DNA of 64,000 nucleotides from Catajapyx aquilonaris (Eukaryota), in NCBI GenBank assembly GCA_000934665.2, contig KZ538507.1, forward strand, positions 1 through 64,000, in the 5' to 3' direction. The notes below the pieces were generated by a model that worked only from the letters and a program-made list of their open reading frames with translations, was not told the DNA's origin and searched no databases. Positions 40,801 to 55,800 of the stretch are shown piece after piece. Position numbers and translations under genes: made by a program. The first letter of the stretch is position 1; every line of letters begins with the position of its first letter.

Positions 40801-43800
40801 ACGCCAAGTTAGAATATCTGGGTTTGATCTCAGCTGCTCTCATCATATTTCACACACTAAATACATTTGCAAGACAACAATGGCGTTTTTTAAACTTGAT
40901 AAATCCTCAGGTTACATATTGCTGCAGAAAAATATAAGCCACCCTAGGTTTTGTTTGCCAGCCAATTCTTCTTCCATTTGATTCTGGAGGTAACCCATCC
41001 CTTAATCCGATGGCAACAGCTGCTGCCTCGTACCTCAGTATCTGATCCACTATCAGTATCGCTGGTGGCAGTAGTAGAACCCTGGGGAAATCTTTGGGGC
41101 ACTTCCAACCGCAGAACCTCCTGCTTTCGCAGCTCCCTTGCCTTCGCCTCCTCCTCTCCCTCAGTAGCGGTGTCAGTATCTTCCTCTTCCTCCTCTGAAC
41201 GCACACCACGCAAGCAGGTTAGAATGCCACATCAAAAATCACAGTCTCTAAGATTAGTGCAAAGTAAGAGTGGACTGGGATTGCTAATGCAGGTAAATGG
41301 TTATAACAACCTTTTTAGTTGCAAGACGTGTCACAAAGGTGGTCCTGTTCATCAAGTCAGTCTTAAATAATTTCAGATGTCATTTAAGTAACAAACTAAT
41401 TAAGATGGTCATACTTAACAGACTGCAACAGCAAGACATTAACATGATTTACAACTCAAAAGACAACTGAAGTCTGACATGAGGATAATAAAAAGGTTAT
41501 CTAATTGTCTAATACCTACATTGTCCCATATTTGTATGGGCATTTGGAACCATACATCGATTTCTCAAAAATGTTATATTCTGATATTAATAATCATAAC
41601 TAACGTGCAGATGTCCTCGACAAAGCTACATTTTGTTTTCAAATTAAGGGCTTCAAACAATATATGGTCTCTAACAAGAACCTCAATGTAAGTGAAAATT
41701 ATTAGAACAGACTGAGACTGAATCAGAACAAGGACAATGCAATTCCAAATGTATGCCCACACATCAAATAAAACTTTTATCACAATATGCATGGACAGGG
41801 GAATGAAAACTTATGCACACAGGACTACAAATAATGATGTCTACAAGTACCTTCATTGTCATACTCCTCTTCATAACTATATTCCTCTTCACTCTCCTCA
41901 ACCACTTCCTCCCCCTCATCATCCTCGTCGCTCCCACTTCCCTCTTCCTCTGCTCCCTCCTCTTGCTCCTCCTCCTGTCTACCCCCACCTCTCCTGCCAC
42001 TATCTGCCACTGGCCCAGCAACCTCTATACCATTTATTACCTCTGGAATGAACACTTCTTCCTCTTCGTCACTATAAAATAAAAATATCCCTATTTACAC
42101 AACAACAACAACAACATCACGACATTTCCCTATGAGGGGTAGTCAGCGATGAAGCTATTTACACAACAATCTCCAGAAAAGGCTATTGCTGATACCTCCA
42201 GAGTATAAAAGACTGAGATTCATGTGACTTGTTGAAATAATGCCACTGCCTACACTGTAAACTGCAAAACATTATAAGAGCATCACTGATGAGTCTCTCA
42301 TGGAACATCAATTTTCAATGCTCTTCTAATGCGCTTGTGATGCTTTTTTATGCTACAAAGCATCACAAGAGCATTAGCAGAGCATTAGAAAGTATTAAAA
42401 ATTGATGTTCCATAAGAGACTCACCAGTGATGCTCTTTTAATGTTAGCAGTTTACAGTGTACTTTAAACAATGAAGATTTTGCTTACCAGAGAATGAATG
42501 CAATATTTTTTTGTTAATTCACAGATATGTGGTGTAACAATAGTGTTCCACACTATTACCACTTCCAGTTTCCTATATCTACATCATGTGCTTCCTTAAT
42601 ATTTCCATAAACTTCATATTTAAAGCCCAAACACTAAATAGTACCTTAGGTCTGAGAGGGAGTCATCTGATGTGTTTAATTCTGCTGTGGATGCACCAAA
42701 ATTCCTGTCAGTCCACTCATCTTCATCCATCTCACTAAGGCCTCCCTCCTCTTCTGAGGCCTCAGCAGCAATGGCGTTTTCAAATTCAACTCTCTCTGGG
42801 GTAGTCCTGGCGATATCACTTTCCGGGATGGACAGGCTAAGAGGTGTCTTAGGGCTGGCCAATGTTCCTCTCTTAACCTAAATTTCCACCCATGGCAAAG
42901 ACAAAGATGTGAAAAACTGCTCCTTAACATGTGGCAAATGATAAATCTGAGAAACCAATTATTGTACTGTAATGAGAAATGAATGTGTACCCCAACTCTG
43001 AAACACTGTACAATTCCAGGTATCACTACATCATTTGCTTACAGATGAACTGGTTCCTCAGGTGACTGGTAAAAAATCACATATGTATGTTATTAATTTC
43101 TTGGTGCAAAATTAATGAGGTTTTCAAATTGAAGACCAAGAAAAATGGCATCTGTAAGACTCCATATTCAAATTTTTATATTCAGAGTTAATATGCATCC
43201 AACTGACTTTTAAATAGCTAATAACTCTCCATGATGGCCCCCAAACCTCAAATATTTCCCAAACTTGAATGTCTTAAAATAATACTGTAACAACATTAAT
43301 TCATCCTTAGTCCTGTCACATCTTATTAACCAGTAGATAGTTAGGAACTGGTTTAAGGGCCATTCATTTGCATGATAATGCTCTACCCTAGACATCAATA
43401 ACTGTCAGTTTATGTATATGTGACACCATCATACAAAATGTACATCTTATTCACATACATATAAAACTAAGAATGCTCAAAACAAGGGCTGCTGTACATC
43501 CCCAGCATGGTTCCAAGTGATGACCAAGTGATCTGCTTCTCAAACTTAATGTTTTTAGTAAAACATTTTTCCAAGAGCTTCAAACTGGTTAAATGAACAT
43601 GCATATTACAGGGTGATCCTTTTGCTTATTTGATGTGTGTGTGGTCTGCCTTTCAACGACTGTTTGTCAAGAGAGATTTTGTGTATGTGGGGTCATTTAC
43701 AAGATTACAAGAAATCTGGGTCCACTAAGATCCGACGCAGTATTTCATTGCTATTTTTTGTTGATTAACAAGGAAATACCCAGCCAGGTCTATGCACAAT

Positions 43801-46800
43801 TTACTTGTATAAATGACCCCTATAGTAATGCATCATTGGGAACAAAGTTCTCAGCATTTGGCTATTTATCAGTTACTTCACTATTGCCAAGAGTGTGAAC
43901 TAAGGAGCCGCCATTAAATCTTTCAACTGCAGTGCAAGGGCACAGAGTGTAATCAATCTCTCTCAGCAATGACACTTCAAGGCCAAAAAATTCAGTACTT
44001 TATCTTGAAACCTGAGAACTTCATGTACCCAGCAATACAAGTGTTGGGGAAATAAGGTAAATGCCAATACTTTTTTTTACAGCTATTTAAGTATGTTGCA
44101 CTTTCCTGATATATAATTTGAAATGTAACTAAAGTTCCTGAGTAAAATATATCTTCCCTGATTCAGTTACGCATAATTTATAGCATATTATACAATTAAT
44201 AACCTGAAATTCCATGTGAAAATTATTTACACTGAACACTACACATGAAACATCAACTGCTGAAATCATATTTTTTTCTAGTTTGAGTGTAGTAAACACT
44301 AATTATAACCTGTCACTAAAAGCCCAATGAGACGAAACAAAGCAGTGCATGTCATGCAGCAAACTAACTTGCTGGGGAAAGTAACTCATCTGCACTGTTT
44401 TTATCCAGCCTTTAAAATCTTTCAAAAAAGCATGCTTGCAATGTCCCATGAATTATTTTTTAGATATAACTTTTCAGGAACTTTATATTCACATGTTTGT
44501 GAAAAAGTCCTAACCAGTTGAAGAGCAGGGGGAGTGAAACAGCCTGGTTAGTACTTTACAACATAGTTTCACAATCATTAGTAAGAGTGCAAGAAATTTG
44601 GAAAACAATAAAGCAATAAATGTTGGCTGTAAAGTTTTCGTACCTGTCCAATGTCAAATGTAGGGGTCAATAAATGTCCCGTCTGGTCCGTCCATAGATC
44701 ATAAACTTTTTTTTGGATAGGAATGGGGAAAATGGAAAAGATCGGACCATGACTGGAAGTGCCAAAACTTGAGTTGACTGGAAATAACACTAGCAAAAAC
44801 AATGTGTCCAACTAAAACAAATTATACAGGTGGTAAATCAGTTGTATGGCACAAACACATCAACAGCCTTAAAAGATCACACTTTAATTTCTATTTTTTT
44901 AAACCATGGAGTAAGCTCTTAATAGTGGGGTTCCATCTCAAGCCACTCGCTTGGCACCATACAGGAGACAAGCATGAAGAGCAGCAGCAGCGACATGCAC
45001 TTGAACAGTCGCCGCCACTCAATCTTCCCATATCTGCCAGTTCCTTCACTGACCTCCACAGCTGATTTTCCTGCAGGCACCCCCATGGGACTCTTGCGTG
45101 GTGGCTCCTTTGATAGCATCCTCCTGGGAAGGTTAGAGTCTGGCTCTTCTCTTCTCCTGAACTTCAATAATGTAGGTTGCATGCCATAGTGCTGCACGCA
45201 GAAAAATCGTCCACCATATCTTCCTTCACGATCATAGGCGTAGTTGCCTGCATAATTGTTCATTCACAGCTTTGATGTCACATTTTAATAATTAATAACC
45301 TTGCATATTCACTCTGTGCAAGTGTGATGGATGATGTCATCTAGCAGATTTTTGCCAAGATTAATACACCATGAAATCGTACTTCTCTTGAGACATGTAC
45401 TATTGAAAGAGGTCCAACACTGATAAAAGTAAGGAAAAATGTGAACAGTAAATTCCACCTAAATCTAATTGTTAGAATTATTTCCAAGACTCTTCAATTG
45501 GTGACATACATATTGTACACCAGTGGAAATAAACTCCCTTGTACCCCTGCAAGCAGTGCCAATGTGGGCACAAGTGGAAGCAGCCTAGCAGTGACTTACA
45601 GATCAACTCTTCCTCTCCTCCTCTCTGCAGAAGTCACGCTATGTGATAAAGGCATTTTCAAAAAACATCTTAAAGGGACACTCCACTCAAAATGCAAGTT
45701 GGGCTCTAAAAATCGGGCAAGAAATCCTGATTCCGAGTGTATCAGCAGTTTTTCTGAGAGACGAACGGTAAGGCCAGAGCGAGCCGTCAAAGTTAGGCAA
45801 TTCGAATCTGGCGCAAAACAGCAGCGCCTCCTCCGGGACTGCCCGGGACTGGGCAGAAATTTGGATATTCTTGCGCCATCTTGATCCACGCCATGGTCCG
45901 CGCCATCTTTGGTCCGTCCCACAGGTTTATCCCGCCACCTCTTGACCCGACCCGACTTTCAGCACGGTATCACTTTCGCCTAGTGCCTGGTGGCGGCGCT
46001 CACGGCGGTGGCGGACTGGGCTGGCGGGGCAGCTCATTAGCAGACGACGCAAATTCTGAGTCTTTAACGCCTCGTCCTGGCTTTTCTGTTCCGCGTAGAA
46101 AAAAACCGATTGCACCTTCGGAATCAGGATTTTTTGCCCGATTTTTAGAGCCCAACTTGCATTTTGAGTGGAGTGTCCCTTTAACAGAGATTTTACCTGC
46201 GAACATTTTTTTTTTTTTAATACCCTTATCTCCATATGATATTACTGTGGACTAATCAAAATTAGGTTCTGATAATACTATGTCTACATCTAATTGAAAC
46301 ATTTAAAATAAAAGCATAAATATGTAACACCACATATTCTCCAATTATTTACCGATTTGAAGTGAATGATGTGGCTTCATATTCTCTTCTGTGCAAAATT
46401 AACTCCCAGCCATTAGTGCTCTTTTGGCTGCTCCAACATATACATGAACTGGCACCCTGGTAAGCAATTCCATTTCTTTCCCAGTCAACCATTCTTCAGC
46501 CACCAGAAGCAACAATGAATTGTTGCCATAAAAAGAAAAAATTCAAACATCCCAATGCAGCACATTTTGTGTGCAACTGCCATGTTCATATCTCAAATGT
46601 CCCAACTGGTGACATGGGCCATGCTTGCACAGAGTGAATACCCTGAACCATATAAATAACAAATATATAACATATAACATATAACATTTGACAAATATAG
46701 TACAGTACAGTGTGCCATCAAGAGCCTTTTAGCACAAAAGCACACTATCTCTTGTTAGAGCTGATATTAAATGGCCAATAATAACAAAAATAAAACATGT

Positions 46801-49800
46801 AACATACCATATACCATGTGTTGTGTGTTATACTACAATATCACCCATGAAAATTCAAGGACAACCCTAGAGGCTCACTTCTGTGTCACTACAATGTGCT
46901 AACAATAGTAATTACTTTTGCTGGTATCCCCTGGTGTAGTACTGCAGAAGTTAAGTCTAGATGCCTCATTATGGAAATGGGAGTGCATTATGGTGAAATG
47001 TAAAGGAGCCTACAGAAGGGCAACACTAACTATCTTCATCTCCTGTAAATAAGTACAGTGCATCATGTGGAAAGTCCTGAGAATTGTCAAGTAGCTTTAA
47101 AAACTGTACAGTGGGCCCTATGTATCCATGGGGAATTGAGTCCTGCTCACCCCCCCCCCCCCAAACATCAAAATTAGTGGATGCTGAAGTCCCTCATATA
47201 AAATGGCATAATATTTGCATATAACCTAATGCACATCCTCCCATATACTGCAGATCACCTCCAGACTGCTTATAACAGCTAATACAATTGTGACGGGACT
47301 CTGTGAGTTAGGTTTCACCCAGACCCTCTCCGAGAACAGCACGCTTGCAGGATGTCTACTTCCTCTAGCAGTCATAAAATCACCAGCTCTCTCCCTCTCA
47401 TGCATTAGTTGTAGGACTTACTATTGCTGGTGAATCAGATATACCGGTATTTAGTTTTAGCGCCTCTTACAGACTCCCACTTTCACTCCTCCCAGATCTT
47501 CTCACCCTTCTTGCTCTACTCAATCTTCAACCACCACTCTCTCTCACACAAATCAAACAACTTCCCAAATACCAGATCATGGCAACCATCATATCAACAG
47601 CAACAATGAACAATGTTGGCAAAACCCATACCTCATACAGTGTAAATGATACATAATACTGTTTTGTAGTGCTTAGCACACACCAAATTCACGCTTTGCT
47701 TCTTGGAACTTCCTGGATTATTATTTTTTCCAAATATTTTTGATCAGTGGTTGATCAAATACAATGATGCAGAACCTGCAGACACAAAGGGCCCACTGTA
47801 CTTGCATGCAGTATAGGGTGACACGTAGAGAATGAAACCAAAATATTGGGGAATACAGGGTGTTCCAAGTGAAATGTTCCTAGTGATTAGAGAAGGCATT
47901 CCAATAACTTGGCAGTCACTGCACCCTGGTGTGAAGGTTATTATATCCTCTGGGTTCACAATCTTCCTATCCCCATGCAATGTCAATGCTTTTCAATAAT
48001 TGTGAGAGCCTGTGCAAGCACAAGCATGAGCTAAAACTTGCAAGTTATTAGGGCCAGAGAAACGACTGATTCCCATTGTACATCTTGCTATATGAGCTTA
48101 GTAACCAAGTTCCAGTTAAGTATGTGTACAATTGGACATAGTGACCTGATAAAGCATGCCACCCTCCATTGGGAGCAACTTTGGCTTGGCAAGAAATTGC
48201 AGCAATGCAAGAAGAAAGCCTTTCTTTTCACCTCTGCTGTTGTGAGACAAAAAGGCAAGTTCCAATCTAGGTAAATGCATATACAGGCAGTCCCTGATGC
48301 AGCTCTGGCATATGTAGATTCGGATGCATGTAAAAATGTCCAATATGCACATAAAATTCTGAGATGCACACAAAATCTACTGAACATAATGGTAATGTAA
48401 AATGCCTTCAATTGCAATAAAATGTGTCAAATTTCAGTATGTGGCAATCGAACCTGCCTCCTGAGACTCATTCCCTCACTCAGTTTACATACATATGACA
48501 AGACATTAGCGACTCATTTCAGGGCCTCACAAGGAATCTTTCATAGCCACAATGGCCTCAATTGAATGCAATGGTGACTCCAGTATTGATGTATTCGGTG
48601 CAGCATGGTATACTGTATAATCAAAATGCATGTTCAAAATTACATCAAATTCAACATTATGTACAGTATAATGTTCCGGCATGATCCACTTATGTAAGTA
48701 TGGGACTGGCTGTATTTAATTATTTTAATTTCTTTGAGTGTCTTGCACACTGAAATTACTGAACAAGTACCTAGAAACAGCCACTATAATCAGCATAAGC
48801 TGCTTTATCGGAAATACTTTGCAGTTCAGAGCTTGAATGGATGAATCAGTTCAGCCTAACACTAGCAGTTAATACTAATAACCGACTTCAAGGGACCACG
48901 GAAATGAGTATGTTATAACCAAGGTCTGTTATAGCCGAATACACAAACCATATATGGAAGTATGCCAGGTTCAGGTTTTCGAGTCTGTTATAACCGAAAG
49001 TCTGTTATAGCTGAGGCTGTTATATCCAGATTCAACTGCATAACCATTCAAAGTAACTGCTTAAAATAAGTAGTTTACAGTGAAATAATCAATAACCACT
49101 ACAACATTCAATTAAATCAGCCTGTGTAATGCGCTGGTTGAGAAAGTGTGGCAATATTCTATGAATATGTAATTCATGTTTAGTGAATTATATACATAAA
49201 ATTCTTCATTGATTATATCAATGCAGGAGCTTTCATAGTATTCCAACAACTCCTGGTTTTGTATGCTGATTATCATTTGTCACACTACACATGGCTATGA
49301 AGAAATGCTATTCTACAAATGCTCCTGGAAATTCTCCAGTTGATTCCCCTTTTCAATACGCAGACAAAATTGGACTCACCTAGCCTGAGGGTAGTGCTGC
49401 AATATTCACATCGGAAGCAACCGCGGTGAAAAAATTTGCCTTCTGCACTGAGCCTCTCCATCAGATACACACGCTTGTCGCAGAAGTGGCAAGTCTCAGA
49501 TCCACCCTGCTGTGGAAGGTGTAGCAAAGGCTTGCTTACACTCTGAAAGTGAAAGAAGAAAATGTCAAAATCTAGTGTGAAACCTGCCTCTAATGGCTCC
49601 TAGTTACAGGCTACCAAAATTATTTTCCAGTTTCTTCACAAGCACAAATTCCTTACAGCAGGAGCCAGGAGGTTAGGGGTATTCATGCACAGTGAAACCT
49701 GTGTATTGCGGAATCGCACGGGACCCTAAAGTTTTTCCGTAATGGACAGTTTCCGCTATGCATAGATCAAGGACATTTCTGAGATTTTTTTTCTGGCGAG

Positions 49801-52800
49801 AAAGAGAGGAAAATGGAGAAAGCAAAAATAAGCACCTTACCTCCAGCGCCGGATTTCCCATTAGGCCAGTGGTTCCCAACCTTTTTCGGGTCGCGACCCC
49901 CTTTTATGATAGTCAAGTAACCTGCGACACCCCCCCCCCCCCCTTCCCATCCCCGAGTGTTAGTAGATATTGAAAAAACCTTTGCGATGAAATTCCCTAT
50001 AAAATTTATTTTATTAATTTTTTAATTTTTGTTATTTTTTAATGTATAAAAATAACCGTGACCTCTCATGGGCCCCCTGGACCTGCTCCATGGCCCCCTT
50101 GAGGGGTTGCGACATCCAGGTTGGGAACCACTGCATCAGGCACAGTAGGCACTTGCCTAAGGGCGGCCGCAAGTTGCAATAAATACTTTTTCCAAATAAA
50201 ATAATAAGAAATAAAGGCGAGATCCCCCAAAAAAATCACATTTTTGAGAGCTTGATTTACCGCTATAGACAGCAAAGGTAATTGATGAAGGGTGGCCGCC
50301 CTCCGGGGTGGGCATAAGTTGCAATATATTTTTTAAATAAATATAATGAAATGTGGGAGAGAACACAAGAGAAAAATAATATTTTAAAGCAGCATGGGGG
50401 GGGGGGGGGGAAATCCAGCCNGAAAAGCAGTCCATACAGTAGAGCAGCGGTTCCCAAACTTTTCTGAACCACGACCCACTATTTACGACAACAAATCTTC
50501 GCGACACACCAAACTTTTTTTTTGGGGGGGGGGGGGGAAGGGAGAGAGTATGTATAACTCTTATCATCATCATTATTAGGCCTACTACGTTTTAAAATAT
50601 ATAAATGGAATATAATTTCGAGTCAACCACGCCTGTCCCTAGAACTTAGCATATGCCATATATGGTGCTCATTTCAGGTCTTCATACTTATAATGCAAAA
50701 TGTTCAAATTTCAAACACTTCCACGCCCCACCAGAAATCGTCTTGCGCCCCACACTTTGGGAACCGCTGCAGTAGAGTATTTAGGCCCTTAAGCGTTTCC
50801 ATGCTACATTTTTGTGGACTAGTCTGGTGTGTAGCACATTTAAGAAAAAAATGGCAGTTTCATTGCAGGTGAAAATGTCCTCCTTGGAATAGCCTGAACA
50901 TTATGCTCCCCTCCTTCTCCTTCCAATTTTCTCCTGATTCCAGATTCACGATACTTGAATCATCAAACACTGTTTTCCATGAAATTCTGTCTGTTGCGGA
51001 AACTTTCCAGCCACCCATTTGAAACACTCAATTTTGGGCTATTAATTTTGCCTGCTCTATTGGACCATCGGTCCGGACACGGGCAATACGTAGAGCCTGT
51101 GTCAACCCTTTCTTCTTCTCCAACATTTTAAAACTGGACTGAACTGTGAACTAAACATACAAATCACGAGTCGCAATCTTCTTGGGTCCCCGCAAGCTGT
51201 CTTCCAACCAAAAATAGTCCCCCATTCCTCACCAATATGCGTATTTTCAAGGCCACGAGCCAGTAGCAAATCCAGCAATAATGAGACACAGTATCGTGTC
51301 GGATGGTCCAAAAAGGGTTACTCAGAGGCCTCCTGGGAGGGCCGAGAGTGAACCCAGCTGTATTTTCTATTTTTGTGACTCATAGGAGATAATGTGAACC
51401 TTTTGATTTCAGTTATGAACAGAGATTTTCTCTGAAGGGAGACAAAAATCCCTTCCGTTTCCACGTTGGTCAGGTTCCGTAATATCCGTCAAAAAATACA
51501 TTGCATGTCCTATGCATATGCCCATTCCCAGAAAACAACCCGCAATGGATAGGTTTCTGCTATACCCAGGATCCATAATGGGCAGGTTTAATTGTATTTC
51601 AATTTGAAAATACCAGCAACAAAAATCACAGAAACACTTATAAGTTATAACTTCATTATGTCTGCTTCACTCCCTGACTGCAAGTGAACCTTGCGTTGCC
51701 TTGCAGGCCAGCCTCAGATATTCCTGAACTACTCTCACCTCTACTCTTCAATAACAACATGGCAACAGGTCTTTTTTGTTTTCTCATTTTTTCTGACCCT
51801 TCCCAAGATGAGCAAAAAAAACTTTTTAAAAAACTGTGACGCCACAATTGCATGCCTGTAATATTTAAAAAAATTAGTTATCATAGCAAGCTGATTCACT
51901 CTACTGACATCACAGTGTGAGTTACAGTCAATCTAGTGATTGCTTACCTAGCTTAAGTTCCTCTACTCTGTGTCTATCCTATACAATGTAGCAATACATT
52001 TCTTGAAAGCCACAAATAATTGTTTTTTGGTGTCAATGATATGTGAAAACTATATTGATTATTACTAACAAAAATAAATCCTTGAGCCATGGTCAACTCT
52101 CAGTGGTGTAACAGAGCAACAATAACTCCATAAATATTATCCTCAATTCCTCACCCCAATTTTTGCACAATGTTGTAACAGTATCAGAGGACTTAAATAA
52201 TGTTCTCACCTTAGACACAAAATCGTCACCCTTCTTCTTCTCAAGCTTGGAGCAAAGCTGTTCTGCCATGGCAGACACTTTGTTCGAGCCTCTCTGTCCC
52301 ACTTCTAGTGTCGTTCCTTCATGAAGTTTCTTGCCGAGCTTCTTCAGGCTCTCATCTATCTCAGCATATTTCAGTATAGTCTCCTCGTCAAGTCCTTGCC
52401 CATGTAGCTTTCGTTCCATAGCTTGATACTGCCATATTAACATAAAAATCAGGGCAAATGAAACATACCAAAAAAATTGGTGGTAATGGAGGGGCGTAAA
52501 AACGTACCTCCTTACTACATTTTTTTCTCTGATGCAATTGTCAAGAAAAAGAGCAACACTATTAAGCCCTGAGAACATCAGTGAATGTTAAATATTTACC
52601 TTATCGTCAAATGCTTCTCGACTCCACTTAGGAACTTTCTCTTCCTTTTTCTTCTTACTTCCACTCACAGCTGTCTTGCTCTCCTCAATCTTCTTTTCGA
52701 TTAACTGCACATTCCAATCACTCTTCTCTATTTTACCTGGTGACAGAAAATAGCAGGACATCCATTTAAATCAGGGTAGTGTAAAATGTGCTTATTGTAA

Positions 52801-55800
52801 CATAAATGTTTAAGGGCTTATTCTCTTATGCTATCAAACTCACTGGGGCAGATGAACTTAACCCTCACAACTGGTGGACTATCAGACACTTGCAGACCCT
52901 AACTTAGTGGCAGTTACGTTTCCCCTGCGTTAAAACTGGACACATTCCTGACAATGGTCATGAACTCGGAAGAAGAGAAGAACACAACTCACCAGACCAA
53001 TGTTGTTTAGAATGTGAAAATAACGTATCCATGGCAACCAATTTTCATTTGTTGTTTATTTACTGTCATGCCCTCAGTATGTTGAGTACATTGCTAAATC
53101 AGCACTGTCAGCACTGCTGAGCTCTCCTATTGGTTACTTACTGTTCTAAAAGTCAAATGTGCAGTTCTGAATAAGGATTTGTGCAGTCAGATAATAGCAG
53201 ACAAGTCTGTTACATCCAGATTCAACTGCGCTTGGACATTATTGGCACTGCTAGAAATATGAAGGGACTGATCTTTCTACTTGCTTATATCCGATGTGCT
53301 TACAATACAGGAGGATTTCACTGTACTTTGTCAGTTATTATATTCACCTAAGATTGTGTAACCTTGAACAAAAAAAACAACAACATTTTCGCCTGCAGCG
53401 CCGAAAATGGTTTGAAAATGGATGAAAATGGTGGCAACGAGTTTACTCGGTTTGGGGGGGGGGGGTGGGAGGAGGAGGAAGCATGATATCTGAAATTACT
53501 TTCTAGGGGGCCCCGATGTGCCAAAGTTTGAGAACCGCTGCTCTAGGCAGACCTTGTTTGGCATCATACCAGGTAAGTACATGACAATTTTCATCGAGAA
53601 CTATACAATAATTTCAAAGTTATTGAGGAATGTTTGGGTTTGGATTTGAGAGAATCACCCTGTACTTTCCCCGCTCGCTACTTTCCAAGTTCAACCATTA
53701 GAGGACAGAAGTAAAAGCTATGGTAACTACTACCTAGGCGATGAGTCAACTTGTTTATAGGGTGGTGTCATACGACACACGTGTCAATTCTGTATATGAT
53801 TATTACAAGGCCTGTACCAATATTTTCTCAGATACAAGTTAGCTGCAATGATCTGAGCTACCTGTCCATATCCCCTTTGTGCTCCTATAACCTCAAAAAG
53901 ACAATCAAAGGTTAGGTAATAATAGGCGTATTCGGCAATTCAGATTATTCTGAGATGCGTCACGTGATATCTGAGTTGTTAGCCCTGCCCCTCAGAAGAT
54001 TATTGCCGAACGGCCGAACTGAGAGACCCCCCTACCCGCCTGTGCTGCATCCCAGTGATATGCCAATGTTCGGGTATTTCGGTGCCGTATTTCGGACGCT
54101 GGCGGGTAATGGTGCGGGTAAAATGAAAATGCGGGTAAAATCGGGTATTTTCAGGTCCTCTCGCGGGGTTTTTGGGCATTTTGCATTGGCAACACAGCTG
54201 CATCCATAACAGTAATTTGTTTGTTAATTGTTTCTCAGCAAGTAAGTCAGGTCAGGAGTACACTAAGTTCCTGAGCTTGGGAAGTCAGGTAGGGCGCATG
54301 CGCACTTACTTCAGGGGGCGTGGCACCTGATTTGCCGAACATCCAAACTGCCCAGGAAGTCAGATTCCTGAATTGCCGAAGACGCCTACTATTTAGCAAG
54401 CTTTTTCATTTCTTTAAATAAAGTGAAAAAGATTTCACATAACGAGAAGCCATGCATCATGGGGTGTTGCAACCTGCAGTCCCTCAAAGGGGCCGTCCAT
54501 AATCCGCGCGGACAAGTGAAGGGGGGGAGGGGGGTTGCACTTTGTCCGCTCTTGTCCGTACAGGGGGGTGGGGGTAGAAGGCAGTTGTACGCGCGGACAA
54601 TAAACGTCAAANNNNNNNNNNNNNNNNNNNNNNNNNNNNNNNNNNNNNNNNNNNNNNNNNNNNNNNNNNNNNNNNNNNNNNNNNNNNNNNNNNGGGGGGG
54701 GGGGGTCAAGGAGGCCATGTCCGCGCAATTTTTAGGGGGGGAGGTAAGAAATTGTCCGCTTCTGTCCGCAAAGGGGAGGGGGGGAGGTAAAAAAGTGAAA
54801 AAATCTGTCCGCGCGGATTATGGACGGCCCCAAAGCAGATTTTCAATGGTACACGAACTCATTTGTGATGCAAGTGTGTGTTTTGAAATCACATTACTAC
54901 AACTAGTAGTGCAGTGGATATGATGCTAAAATATGTCTTACCTATTGACCTTATGAGATCTTTGGGTTTTTTCTCCTGTGCAGCGCCACCCTTTAACTTC
55001 TCCTCCAAATCCTTCACCCTCCCTGAAAATTTCTCCTTAGAACCATCAGCTCCCTTCTGTCCATCACCATTTCGGGCGTCCCGATCCTAAAGAAGAGAGC
55101 ACCATCTTAAGAGATGTTCTATTCCACAAACAAGTAACCATAACTACAGAAACAATCAACAAACAAGTCACAGGGAACAAACTGGACATAAAACTGGAAG
55201 CAAAAATATGTTAGTAAAATGTTATATAAATCTGATTAAAAACTGAAAGGCTGTGTAAGTCACATGGGCTTTTCATTGCAACTGTTTAATATTTCATTAC
55301 AATGGGTGACACTGGCCAATGGGATGGCTGAATCCACACCCCATGACTTTCATTGGCTTACTCAGAGATTTTGAATTACTCTCTCTTTAACACAGCAGTA
55401 ATGACAATGAGAGTTCATTGCTTACCCATAAATGTAATGGAATTTGACAGTAAAACATTTTTTCTTTACATTTTCATCTAAAATGAAACTGAAATTGACA
55501 TTCATATCACCAGTAGGAAATAATCCTGATTGCTATCATCCTCACTGCCAAGGTAATAATCTAATTTTGAAAAGAACAAAAGAACTCAAATTTTGTGATA
55601 CGATATAGCAGTCATGTACAGTATATGTGATCATTTAAGTTAAGGGTTATTAAACCTTTGTCTCCTGCTAGATTATGCATTCTTTGGGTGGGGGGTTTAA
55701 AAATAGCGCCCTAGGTGAAAATCGCTGGATCTGGCACCATTGGTTTCGCTCTCGATTCATGCACAAGATGGGGCTGAAGCATCCGAGACCTGTGGCACCC

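Noticed and set aside
45441..46255. ORFs of 100-147 aa on both strands
   Set aside because: They arise from the GC-rich core and TIRs of the Kolobok-like MITE; no transposase motifs
48088..48417. Cys-rich ORFs as an alternative LIM exon
   Set aside because: No LIM spacing in any frame and no compatible splice sites found
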